DNA of 64,000 bases from NCBI GenBank assembly GCA_020348445.1, contig CP070751.1, forward strand, positions 4,321,723 to 4,385,722, read 5' to 3'. Every line of letters begins with the position of its first letter. Within the stretch, counting starts at the first letter, position 1. Shown here one piece after another: positions 10,674-20,377 of this stretch. This stretch comes from Thermoplasmata archaeon. Lineage in GTDB: Archaea > Thermoplasmatota > Thermoplasmata > GCA-020350865. A program made the translations under genes and the position numbers. A model generated the notes under the pieces. That model saw nothing but the letters and a program-made list of their open reading frames with translations. It did no database searches and was not told the origin of the DNA.

Positions 10674-11681
10674 CTAATCGATTCCCATGGCTATGTCCGT
10701 CTTCTTTATGCTTTTCATCTTGTCACTTTCAATATTGCACATGGCCCTGATAGCATCCACATTCTCAGGTACAACATCGGCCTCTTGGTGAATTGCCTGA
10801 TAATAGTAGAGGGTGTTATCCACAACATGAACGCCATCCCTCCACACCGCGATATCAAATAGATCAGCACGTTTCTTTCCCAAATCTTTGGCCAACTCCA
10901 TGATTTGGGCCGTGGATTTTATGCCGTGTTTGGAGCAAACGAACTTCACCCTTGGAGTTTTATCCCATATATCTATGACATCTTCTGTTGTGGTTTCGCC
11001 TTTAAGTCTCACAACAACTGAGTGAAGATGCATTATCGTGGTTGGAACTTTTACTGCCGTGGTCTGAATATTCAGATTCGGCATAACACTTTGCACGTCA
11101 GGACCGTGATGCGAAGGAACCTTCAATACAGGTTCGATGGCATTTATTGGCCCGCTTTTTGAATCCCATGGATCAGCGCCCCTTCTTATCATAACTGCTG
11201 TTACATTTTCTATGCCAAAAGACTCGTCTAATGGAAAAAGCGTTCTGCAAAGGCCTGTTGTGTTGCATGATACCACTCTTACATAATCCCTCCCTATGGC
11301 ATTCTCGTAATTGGCCATGGCATTGAAGGACAATCCTGTTAAATCGTGCTTCTCTCCCCCTTGGAATATGGCTTTTTTCCCATATTCCTCGTACATCGAT
11401 TTATAACCGCATTTTTTTGGTGTACAGTCCATGACTATATCGGCCATCTGAAGGAGATCTTTTAATGTTCCCTTTACCGTTATGTTCTCCTCTTCAAAAC
11501 CCTTTATAAATTCTTCATCAGCGGCGTAGAATGGAAAACCATTTTTTACAGCCATTTTTGCCTCATATGTGGGTCTCCTTTTAGTAACGCCGATGATCTC
11601 CATGTCGTCCTGTAATGTAACAGCATCCGCAACTCTCTTTCCTATCGTACCATATCCGTTTATTGCTACTTTCACTACCAT
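10674..11681 (-). CDS. gap: Glyceraldehyde-3-phosphate dehydrogenase, archaeal type II
   Basis: VAINGYGTIGKRVADAV, catalytic VVSCNTTGL, PSHHGPDV, QAIHQEADVVPENVDAIRA. Confidence 0.97.
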   Translation of the reverse strand: MVVKVAINGYGTIGKRVADAVTLQDDMEIIGVTKRRPTYEAKMAVKNGFPFYAADEEFIKGFEEENITVKGTLKDLLQMADIVMDCTPKKCGYKSMYEEYGKKAIFQGGEKHDLTGLSFNAMANYENAIGRDYVRVVSCNTTGLCRTLFPLDESFGIENVTAVMIRRGADPWDSKSGPINAIEPVLKVPSHHGPDVQSVMPNLNIQTTAVKVPTTIMHLHSVVVRLKGETTTEDVIDIWDKTPRVKFVCSKHGIKSTAQIMELAKDLGKKRADLFDIAVWRDGVHVVDNTLYYYQAIHQEADVVPENVDAIRAMCNIESDKMKSIKKTDIAMGID

Positions 11682-11761
11682 TTAAACCCCCTCAAGCCCC
11701 GTAATAGATTTAAACGCTTAAATGTTTTTATGAGATTTATTGGTATATTATTGGCACGCCC

Positions 11762-12316
11762 TTAACCAACCACGACCCTCCCATTTACCACATCCACATC
11801 CAGGAGTGTTTTAATTTCCATTTTTAGCTCATCCTCCAACTCCTTCTTGTTCTTGTGCTTGTTGAAGACTATAACCGTGTCCACTATCTGGGCACCTATA
11901 CTTCTTAATGCCCCAACCGATGCCCGTAAAGTCCCCCCTGTACTCAGAACATCATCAACGATGAGGACCTTATCTCCCTTATAAATACCATTTACATACA
12001 TGTTTGATTTGGAATAACCTGTCACCTGTTCAACAGAAACTTCACCTGGTAGTCCATATTGTCTTTTACGAATGACGACATAGGGTTTCCCGATTTTTAA
12101 GGAAAGGGCAACCCCAAGGGGAATTGCCATGGCTTCAGCTGCCACTATCTTATCGCAGTCCATGTTACCAATCTCGATTATCTCGGAGGTTACATCCTCA
12201 AGGAGCTCTGGCTCCATCTTTGGAATACCATCTGTTATAGGGTGTACGAAGTAATCGTAATCACCTTTTTTCACAATAGGGCAATTCTCAAGGCTTTTTC
12301 TCAACCTATCGAGCAT
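11762..12316 (-). CDS. hpt: Purine phosphoribosyltransferase (archaeal Hpt/Apt-like)
   Basis: YFVHPITDG, EAMAIP, PRPP-binding VLIVDDVLSTGGT; GGAGG RBS before ATG 12316. Confidence 0.8.
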   Translation of the reverse strand: MLDRLRKSLENCPIVKKGDYDYFVHPITDGIPKMEPELLEDVTSEIIEIGNMDCDKIVAAEAMAIPLGVALSLKIGKPYVVIRKRQYGLPGEVSVEQVTGYSKSNMYVNGIYKGDKVLIVDDVLSTGGTLRASVGALRSIGAQIVDTVIVFNKHKNKKELEDELKMEIKTLLDVDVVNGRVVVG

Positions 12317-12639
12317 CAAATTACCTCCCTTGATTCTTGAAACTTTTACAGACTTGCCATGGGCAAGGACAGTATTATATTTTGCCCTCAAAATTACGAG
12401 GTTTTATTTCTATTAATTTTGATATTCAACGTACAAAAATATCAATTCCTCCTCGCTAACTTTGTTTTAAAAAACAGTGGTATAGAAATCATTATATACC
12501 CCTATAGGCATTGTGGAATTTGCCTGTTTTAGCAGTTTTAGAGTGGAAATGGGGAGATAAACCAAAGAAGCTCTGGTATCAAAATGAATTGATATTTAAA
12601 TAGGTCATGAGGCAATTGAAAAAAAGGATGTGAACATAT

Positions 12640-13272
12640 ATGAACGAAGAACTGAAAACGGGAACGACAACCCTGGGGCTAGTTTGTAAGGACGGCGTGG
12701 TCCTGGCCACGGAACGAAGGGCGACCATGGGCACCCTGATTGCACACAAGACAACCCAAAAGCTCTTCAAAATCGACAGCAACCTTGGATTGACTGTTGC
12801 AGGTCTTGTGGGGGACGCACAGGTGCTTGCAAGGTATCTCTCAGCAGAGGTGGAACTGTACAAGCTGAAAAGAAATACCAGCATGACCGTAAAAGCCGCC
12901 TCCACCTTGATGGCAAACATACTGAGCGGCAGACGATACTTCCCGTACTGGGTCGCATTGATTATAGGGGGGATTGACAGTGATGGAGGACATGTCTATT
13001 CCCTGGATGCAGCTGGAGGTGCGATAGAGGATAAATATGTCACCACCGGATCCGGCTCCCCCTACGTATATGGCGTTTTAGAGGATCATTATAAGGATGG
13101 TCTATCAACTTCTGAAGGAATCGATTTATCCATCCGCGCTCTGACAGCAGCTATGAAGCGCGATGCTGCCTCCGGAGACGGTATCGATCTGGCTGTCATT
13201 AAGAAAAAGGAGTTTAAACAGCTCTCTGAAAATGATATCACGGAGAGAAAAAAGAAAATGGGATTGGATTAG
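12640..13272 (+). CDS. psmB: Proteasome beta subunit
   Basis: Short propeptide MNEELKTG followed by TTTLGLV (catalytic Thr), [24 protein letters not shown]. Confidence 0.97.
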   Translation: MNEELKTGTTTLGLVCKDGVVLATERRATMGTLIAHKTTQKLFKIDSNLGLTVAGLVGDAQVLARYLSAEVELYKLKRNTSMTVKAASTLMANILSGRRYFPYWVALIIGGIDSDGGHVYSLDAAGGAIEDKYVTTGSGSPYVYGVLEDHYKDGLSTSEGIDLSIRALTAAMKRDAASGDGIDLAVIKKKEFKQLSENDITERKKKMGLD

Positions 13273-13320
13273 AACAGGATCGTAAGAGAATTTAACAAAC
13301 CCATAATCGGCGTGAATTTT

Positions 13321-15231
13321 ATGAGCGCAGAAACTGTACTAAATGAAGTATCATCGATTGTAAAAGAAACCGTACCATCAGGAGTCGAGATAACAGAAAT
13401 CGAGTTTGAGGGCTCTGTTGTGGTAATTTACACCAAAAATCTCGATGAATTCGCTGATAACAGCGATATTGTGAGAAAGCTGGCGCAATCTCTAAGAAGA
13501 AGGGTGGATGTACGACCTGACCCGACCCTACTGGCTGAGATGGAAAGTGCAGAGGAGTTCATTAGAGAGATAGTCCCAGATGATGCAGAAATTACAAATA
13601 TCTATTTTGAGCACGATACAGGAGAGGTCACAATAGAGGCAATAGCCCCTGGAATTGCCATTGGTAAACACGGTGCAATACTCAATGAAATCAAGAAAAA
13701 AATTGGTTGGGCCCCCAAAGTGGTAAGGAGTCCCCCCATACCCTCGAAGACTGTGGGAGAGATCAGGGATTTTCTACGCTCAGTGCATGAGGAGCGAAGA
13801 GAGTTTTTGATAAATGTTGGACATAGGTTGAACAGGGCAGAGAATGTGGGAGAAAATTGGATTCGCAGCACGGCATTGGGGGGCTACCGACAGGTGGGTA
13901 GGAGTGCAACACTGATATCCACAAGAGACAGTAAAATTCTTGTGGACTGTGGCGTGGACTTCTCCAGCGAGGAGGCCACGAATCCATTTTTAAATGCGCC
14001 TGAGGTTCAACCATTGGAAAATCTCGATGGAATAGTCATAACTCACGCCCACTTGGATCATTGTGGATTGGTGCCCGCTTTATTTAGATACGGCTATGAT
14101 GGGCCAATATACTGTACACCTCCGACGAGGGATCTGATGACCCTTCTCCAGCTCGATTATATTAAGGTTGCATTTGGTGAGGGAAAGAAAAGCCCCTACG
14201 AATCTGCAAATATCAAGGAGGTTGTGAAGCACTGTATACCTCTTCGATACGGGGAAACGACCGATATAGCACCTGATATCAGGCTTACCTTTCATAATGC
14301 AGGTCATATACTTGGCTCAGCAATAGCACATTTTCACATTGGCGATGGTATGTACAATATCGCTGTAACTGGTGATATCAAGTTTGAGAAGACGTGGCTA
14401 TTCAACCAAGCAATCAACAAGTTCCCGAGATTGGAAACCCTTATTATTGAATCAACATACGGAGGTCATAAGGACAACCAGCCTTCCCGCAAGGAAGCAG
14501 CAGAGCAGCTTAAGAGTGTTATACAACGAACCATTTCAAGAAAGGGGAAGATACTGGTTCCTGTATTCGCTGTAGGAAGGTCGCAGGAGGTAATGATAGT
14601 TCTTGAGACACTGATGCGCTACGGTGAGATACCAACCCTACCAATCTATCTCGATGGTATGATATGGGAAGCAACAGCCATCCACACAGCCCATCCAGAG
14701 TATCTCAACAGCCAATTGCGCACTCAGATATTCCAGAAAGGCGAGAATCCGTTCTTAAGCGAAGTCTTCAAGAGGGTGGACAGTCAGGAGATGAGAGAAA
14801 CCATAGCTAACGATACCGATCCATTTATTGTATTGGCTACCTCAGGTATGATGAACGGCGGGCCTGTGATGGAGTACTTTAAAACATGGGCCTCTGATTC
14901 TAACAACACAATCATATTTGTGGGATATCAGGCTGAAGGTACGCTGGGTAGAAGGATACAAAGGGGTCTTTCACAGCTTGTTATGAATGATAAGGGAAAT
15001 CAGATAACTGTAGATATCAAGTTGAATTTAGAGACCTGTGATGGTTTCTCTGGGCATTCTGACAGGAAACAACTTCTCAATTATATTGGCTCCATGGATC
15101 CAAAACCCGAGCGCATCATAATAGGCCATGGTGAAGAATCGAAATGCATTGAATTGGCATCAACTCTCTATAAGAGGTACGGGGTGGAGACAAGGGTGCC
15201 ATATAACTTAGAGACCATTAGAGCAAGGTAA
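13321..15231 (+). CDS. aCPSF1 beta-CASP ribonuclease with N-terminal KH domains
   Basis: KH motif PGIAIGKHG, metallo-beta-lactamase THAHLDH, NAGHILGS, ESTYGG, GFSGHSD; conserved position after psmB. Confidence 0.95.
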   Translation: MSAETVLNEVSSIVKETVPSGVEITEIEFEGSVVVIYTKNLDEFADNSDIVRKLAQSLRRRVDVRPDPTLLAEMESAEEFIREIVPDDAEITNIYFEHDTGEVTIEAIAPGIAIGKHGAILNEIKKKIGWAPKVVRSPPIPSKTVGEIRDFLRSVHEERREFLINVGHRLNRAENVGENWIRSTALGGYRQVGRSATLISTRDSKILVDCGVDFSSEEATNPFLNAPEVQPLENLDGIVITHAHLDHCGLVPALFRYGYDGPIYCTPPTRDLMTLLQLDYIKVAFGEGKKSPYESANIKEVVKHCIPLRYGETTDIAPDIRLTFHNAGHILGSAIAHFHIGDGMYNIAVTGDIKFEKTWLFNQAINKFPRLETLIIESTYGGHKDNQPSRKEAAEQLKSVIQRTISRKGKILVPVFAVGRSQEVMIVLETLMRYGEIPTLPIYLDGMIWEATAIHTAHPEYLNSQLRTQIFQKGENPFLSEVFKRVDSQEMRETIANDTDPFIVLATSGMMNGGPVMEYFKTWASDSNNTIIFVGYQAEGTLGRRIQRGLSQLVMNDKGNQITVDIKLNLETCDGFSGHSDRKQLLNYIGSMDPKPERIIIGHGEESKCIELASTLYKRYGVETRVPYNLETIRAR

Positions 15232-15309
15232 AACATCAGTTCTTAGTTATTTTCCCATTTTATTCAAGGCAGCATATTAAGCTACATACATTTACATAAT
15301 TTGCACCTT

Positions 15310-16239
15310 TCATAAGATTTTACATCTTTTAATGTCCTCCCCAAGCAAAACGACTCTGCTGTCCTCCCTTTCCATGAGTATCTTCACACCTAGAAGTGTG
15401 CCAAGCTGTTTTCCAAATACTTTCACTTTTTCATGTGAGGGCATATTCTCCATAGCCATCCTCTGCCGGGAACCTCCCACGAAAACGAAGCCTTTTGGCT
15501 CAATGAACATGGGCTCTGCCTTTTCATCCAGTTTTGTATAATCCTCCTCCCAGCCAATATTCCAGCCGTCAACAAGGGTGTGCCTGATGACCCTTCTCGT
15601 ATCCAGTGAAGGGAGAATTTCAAGGGTTTTTATTAGTAATGACCACGCATCAGGAACCATGGGTGCACATAACTTCTTCAAGATCTTCTCATTGGGTGCG
15701 GCAACTGTCACGTACAATTGGGTTGGCAAAGGATCCAGCTTCTCCAATATATCTGGGGTTGTGCCGTTTGTAACAAGAAATGTTGTCATCCCCCTTTTAT
15801 GACACAATTCTATGAATTCTCCCAGCAAAGGATAGAGGGTTGGCTCACCGGTAAGTGAAATTGCCACCTGGTTCGGTTCCAGTGCTTCATGCCATAATTC
15901 CTCATTGCAACGTGGGTCCCCTTTGAATCCGGAAATAAGAGGTTTTTGAGCCTTGATAGATTCTTTGAGGATCATCTCTGCAGAATCGAAATCCTTATGT
16001 AGTGCTTCCCAAGAAAATCCTTTAACCCGCCAGCAGAACAGGCAATTTTGGGTGCAGGCATCTATAGTAGGTGTCATTTGCAGGCACCGGTGAGATTCGA
16101 TACCATAGAAAGTCTCTTTGTAGCAGACCCTACCATGAAGTAATTTTTGCCTCATCCAGTGACAGACTTTTACTCCACTGTGATCTCCAATGACGCGATA
16201 ATGCTGTCTTTCCAAAAGCCGTTTTAATTCCTTATCCAT
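15310..16239 (-). CDS. taw1: tRNA 4-demethylwyosine synthase (TYW1/Taw1), radical SAM
   Basis: HSGVKVCHW, CYKETFYGIESHRCLQMTP, CTQNCLFCWR, SLTGEPTLY, LVTNGT. Confidence 0.93.
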   Translation of the reverse strand: MDKELKRLLERQHYRVIGDHSGVKVCHWMRQKLLHGRVCYKETFYGIESHRCLQMTPTIDACTQNCLFCWRVKGFSWEALHKDFDSAEMILKESIKAQKPLISGFKGDPRCNEELWHEALEPNQVAISLTGEPTLYPLLGEFIELCHKRGMTTFLVTNGTTPDILEKLDPLPTQLYVTVAAPNEKILKKLCAPMVPDAWSLLIKTLEILPSLDTRRVIRHTLVDGWNIGWEEDYTKLDEKAEPMFIEPKGFVFVGGSRQRMAMENMPSHEKVKVFGKQLGTLLGVKILMEREDSRVVLLGEDIKRCKIL

Positions 16240-16259
16240 CCTCCGCCCTCATTAACATT

Positions 16260-16652
16260 TTATTTCGCAGTAAAAACATACCTTATTGGTACCCTTCTTT
16301 TCAATCCTGTCCAATAGGGACAGTGGGTGCACTCCTGGCCGATGATCACCACCCCATCGAATATTGTTTTGTTCTTGACAAGCTTCAATTTATGGTTGCA
16401 TACAGGACATTTATTCACACTTTTTTTTGTTTCTGTTTCACGACAATGGATTTCCACACGGATATCATCAGAGGAGAGGGCCAAAACTCGCAGACGGTGC
16501 GGACTCACATGATATTTCTTATCTGTTTCATGGAGGTCCCGCTCCACAAGCTCCTTTAGTTTTGTTTGGGAGTTCACTACACCCAGGTTGTTCATCACAT
16601 TCTTTATTGAACGCAGAACTTCTTCATCGGTGGGAATCTTATAGGGCATCAT
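16260..16652 (-). CDS. Hypothetical protein with C-terminal zinc ribbon
   Basis: CPVC...CTHC pair in a basic 130-aa ORF; tightly packed between MATE and taw1. Confidence 0.7.
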   Translation of the reverse strand: MMPYKIPTDEEVLRSIKNVMNNLGVVNSQTKLKELVERDLHETDKKYHVSPHRLRVLALSSDDIRVEIHCRETETKKSVNKCPVCNHKLKLVKNKTIFDGVVIIGQECTHCPYWTGLKRRVPIRYVFTAK

Positions 16653-16670
16653 CTTGTAAATAGCATTTGG

Positions 16671-18119
16671 TTATTTAGATTTTGTCGCGGATTTGGGGGA
16701 AAACCCCGCATCCTGCCACTTAGACCTCAATTGACGGATATAAATATTGGCCCAGGAAAATGCGAGAAATGAGCCCAGGAGGTTGCCCACCACCATTCCC
16801 CACCAAACTCCAGGAAGGCCCCAATCAAAGGATATGGCAAATATGGCCGAAAGAGGAGTACCCAAAATAAGTGTACGGACGATGGTGACGATAAGTGCGT
16901 TGTTACCTTTTCCTGTCCCCTGGAACATGGATGATGAGAACATGCCAAAGGCCACACCTGGATAGAAAATTGCCATTATCCTTAAAAGGTCTGTTATGTC
17001 ATCAGCTATTCTGAGGGTTTCTTCAGAGCGTGTGAATACTGATGTGATCTGGGGGGCAAATATGAATGTTAAAAGTGCTGCAATTCCCTCTATTACAACT
17101 CCAATTTTCACGGCATATAGAAATGATGTTTTTAGCTTTTTTATATCACTTGCTCCATATGCAGCACCAGTAACTGACACAACCGCAGTTGCTATACCAA
17201 GTAAGGGAAGTATGGCGATCATGGCGACCCGCCATCCAGTTGTATATGCAGCAACACCATCGGTTCCGCCCACATATCCGGCAATGAATGTGATTACAAT
17301 CATGGAAATTGACATAGAAAGTTGCATGACCATAGCCGGCAAGCCCACTCCAAATATATCTTTGGTAATAGCGCGGTTATAGGAAAAATTACGAAAGTTG
17401 AAGGTTATATAGGTGTCTTTTTTAAAGAACATCCAATATAACAACAAAAGACAGGTAATGCTAAGAGAAAGAAGTGTGGCCCACGCTGCACCCACCACTC
17501 CCATATCCAAAGTGTAGATGAAAAAGGGATCCAGTACTATGTTCAATGCCGCACCAAGTATCAAGGCATACATTGCCCTATTTACATCTCCCTCGGCCCT
17601 GAGAATAGCAGTGGCAACCTGCGTATAGAAGATCACTATGCTACCCCCGAATAGCACTCTACCGTAGGCTGTTGCATCACCTGTCACATCCCCGGCACCC
17701 AAGAGTCTGAATATTTCTTCTGCAAATATAAAGAATAAAATGGAGAATATTGCAGAAATTATCACCATGAAAATAATGGTGTGCACAGCCACATTGTCGG
17801 CTCCTTTTTTATCCTTTGCACCTATTCTTCGTGATATGGCTGCGGCACCACCCACACCTAATCCAACTGCAAGGGACAAAGCCACCATTAAAAATGGGAA
17901 GAAGAATCCCACTGCAGCCAATGCATCAGGACCCAAACCAGCTACCCAGATAGCGTCCACGAGATTGTAGATCGTGTTTGCAGACATGGCGATGATCATG
18001 GGGACTGCCAGTTTGATTATTGCTTTCTTTGGATCTCCCAGAAGTATCTTTACACCCTTTGTTTCCTTCTTGGATGTGGGTAAATCCTCCTTTGGTGGTA
18101 TTGTACCATCAGGAGTCAT
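16671..18119 (-). CDS. MATE-family efflux transporter
   Basis: About 12 hydrophobic segments; IIKLAVPMII, VDAIWVAGLG, NIVLDPFFI...GVVGAAWAT motifs. Confidence 0.93.
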   Translation of the reverse strand: MTPDGTIPPKEDLPTSKKETKGVKILLGDPKKAIIKLAVPMIIAMSANTIYNLVDAIWVAGLGPDALAAVGFFFPFLMVALSLAVGLGVGGAAAISRRIGAKDKKGADNVAVHTIIFMVIISAIFSILFFIFAEEIFRLLGAGDVTGDATAYGRVLFGGSIVIFYTQVATAILRAEGDVNRAMYALILGAALNIVLDPFFIYTLDMGVVGAAWATLLSLSITCLLLLYWMFFKKDTYITFNFRNFSYNRAITKDIFGVGLPAMVMQLSMSISMIVITFIAGYVGGTDGVAAYTTGWRVAMIAILPLLGIATAVVSVTGAAYGASDIKKLKTSFLYAVKIGVVIEGIAALLTFIFAPQITSVFTRSEETLRIADDITDLLRIMAIFYPGVAFGMFSSSMFQGTGKGNNALIVTIVRTLILGTPLSAIFAISFDWGLPGVWWGMVVGNLLGSFLAFSWANIYIRQLRSKWQDAGFSPKSATKSK

Positions 18120-18350
18120 GACCTTCGGGTATACATTAAATCTATTTTAAAATAAGGGAACGTTGAAATACGAAAATTTTCTCACTAATCATCGATATTC
18201 GAAGTTTTGTGTCATTATTAATCATTCAAAAATTGTTCTAAAATCTTTATAACCCCATCAAAAAATCGAACCAAATTCAATTAATATACTCAAAAACATA
18301 ATAGTGATTTGTACGGGCGTGACACCCGAAGTGTATAGGAGGTAGAAAAA

Positions 18351-20063
18351 ATGAATAGTAAAATAAAAAAAATTGTGGGCATAACGCTCACCTTTTTAGT
18401 GTTTGCAACAGCCATGATAGTGATGGTGCCTCAAAATACCATCGCTACGAATCAGCCACCAGTGGCACATGTATACCCAAAATACCAGGAAGTATCCGTG
18501 GGGGAGGAAGCGTGGTTTTACGGCAATGATTCATATGATCCAGATGGATATATAACATACTATATCTGGGATTTTGGTGATGGTAATTACGGAAGTGGAG
18601 ATATTACTTCACATGTATACAGCTCACCTGGACATTATGTAGTATGGTTGACGGTATACGATAACGAGAATGCCACAGACAGGGACTATGCAAATGTTAC
18701 GGTACTACCAGGCAACGATACCAACGAACCCCCAGTTGCAGCAGCATATCCAAAATATCAAACTGTGGATGTTGGAGACGATGCATGGTTTTATGGTGGT
18801 TATTCTTATGATCCGGATGGATATATTATATCTTGGGAATGGAAATTTGGTGATGGGAGTTTTGGAAGTGGTATTAATACTTCACATAGTTATACCATGC
18901 CTGGGATATATACTGTATTATTAACTGTTATCGATAATTTGAAGGCGACAGATACCGATAATTGCACTGTAGAGGTATTGAACGACACGTACAATGAACC
19001 ACCAGTTGCGGTTGCCGAACCAGATCATCAAACTGTCAATGTTGGAGAGGATGCATGGTTTTCCGCGAATCTCTCGTACGATCCAGATGGTTTCATAGTG
19101 TCCTATGGTTGGGATTTTGGTGATGGCAATATTGGCAGTGGCGTATATGTAACACATCCATATACAGCACCTGGAATTTACAACGTCATACTTGTTGTCA
19201 GAGATGATGACGGTGCTATGGATTCTGATAACTGCACAGTAGTTGTGGAAGATCAATTTCCCGAACCTCCAACAGATCTTGATGCCATTCTTGTACCTGG
19301 ATCCCTTGAGGATGTGAGACTCACATGGGCCGCTTCTGCGGATGATGGTGCCGGTGACGACGATGTAACCAGTTATGAAATCTACAGGGCGGATTCAGTG
19401 GATGGTCCTTTTGTATTTGTTGATTCTATCTCAGCCGATGACTCGTCCACATACTCCTGGACCGATTTCGGCAAAGGTGATCTTGACTGGAATAACTACT
19501 TCTACATTGTTAGGGCCAAGGACATTTTTGACAATGAGGAACAAAACAACAACAAAGTGGGCAAGTTCGCTTGGTACCTAAAAGAGGGTTGGAATATGTT
19601 TTCAGTGCCTCTTGTTCAGAGCGACACTTCAAGAGAAACAGTTTTACAGACCATCGAAAATAACTATGTGACTGTTCAGGGTTATCATGCAGGCAAATCA
19701 AGACCCTGGTTGCATTGGCACAGGTGGAAACCCAACTATTTCAACGACGAAATCGAGATCAACCACAAAAAGGGTTACTACATAGATATGATCGTGCCCG
19801 ACTATCTGGTTACAGCAGGAAAAGTTGCCTCCCAGACTGACATACACCTGAAAAATGGTTGGAATCTGATTGGATATCCGTGCCTTTCAGAACAAACTGT
19901 GAGTGATGCCCTTTCCTCGATTGATGCAAAGTACAACCTGGTGGAGTACTTCGATCCCATAAAGGACAAGGAGGTTCGGCTAGAATCCAATGATCTTATG
20001 ATACCTGGTTTTGGATTTTGGGTTCATACCACTGCAGAATGTGTATTGACAATAACAAATTGA
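18351..20063 (+). CDS. Secreted protein with three PKD domains, an FnIII-like domain and a C-terminal GWN-repeat domain
   Basis: Signal peptide; three repeats F..SYDPDG.I..Y.W.FGDG...H.Y..PG.Y.V.L.V.D; VRLTWAAS...YEIYR; GWNMFSVP and GWNLIGYP. No C-terminal anchor. Confidence 0.85.
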   Translation: MNSKIKKIVGITLTFLVFATAMIVMVPQNTIATNQPPVAHVYPKYQEVSVGEEAWFYGNDSYDPDGYITYYIWDFGDGNYGSGDITSHVYSSPGHYVVWLTVYDNENATDRDYANVTVLPGNDTNEPPVAAAYPKYQTVDVGDDAWFYGGYSYDPDGYIISWEWKFGDGSFGSGINTSHSYTMPGIYTVLLTVIDNLKATDTDNCTVEVLNDTYNEPPVAVAEPDHQTVNVGEDAWFSANLSYDPDGFIVSYGWDFGDGNIGSGVYVTHPYTAPGIYNVILVVRDDDGAMDSDNCTVVVEDQFPEPPTDLDAILVPGSLEDVRLTWAASADDGAGDDDVTSYEIYRADSVDGPFVFVDSISADDSSTYSWTDFGKGDLDWNNYFYIVRAKDIFDNEEQNNNKVGKFAWYLKEGWNMFSVPLVQSDTSRETVLQTIENNYVTVQGYHAGKSRPWLHWHRWKPNYFNDEIEINHKKGYYIDMIVPDYLVTAGKVASQTDIHLKNGWNLIGYPCLSEQTVSDALSSIDAKYNLVEYFDPIKDKEVRLESNDLMIPGFGFWVHTTAECVLTITN

Positions 20064-20143
20064 AATCAGGAGGCACAAGAAGAAGATTAAAGAAAGACAC
20101 TCAGTGATGTCACATTTGTTGAGAACAACCTGGATTTAAAAAA

Positions 20144-20185
20144 GTCCATACCCTAATGTTCCTCCTAGGGTATGGGCAATTTTTT
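20144..20185 (+). terminator. Hairpin terminator after the PKD gene
   Basis: GTCCATACCCTA (20144-20155) pairs with TAGGGTATGGGC (20166-20177), 10-nt loop; preceded by an A run and followed by a T run. Confidence 0.65.
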
Positions 20186-20377
20186 AATAATTACGAAAAA
20201 CAACAGGTTTCGAACCTGTAATCGTAACCATCAATATCCGGATAAAAAAATTGGACAACAATATATATATAGATATGACAACCTGGTATTTACGAACTAT
20301 TAAAATTACGACATAATACTATCATTTCACACATAAAGCAGTCTTTGCGAAGTACTTTGCCATTGAAGGGTGTACAA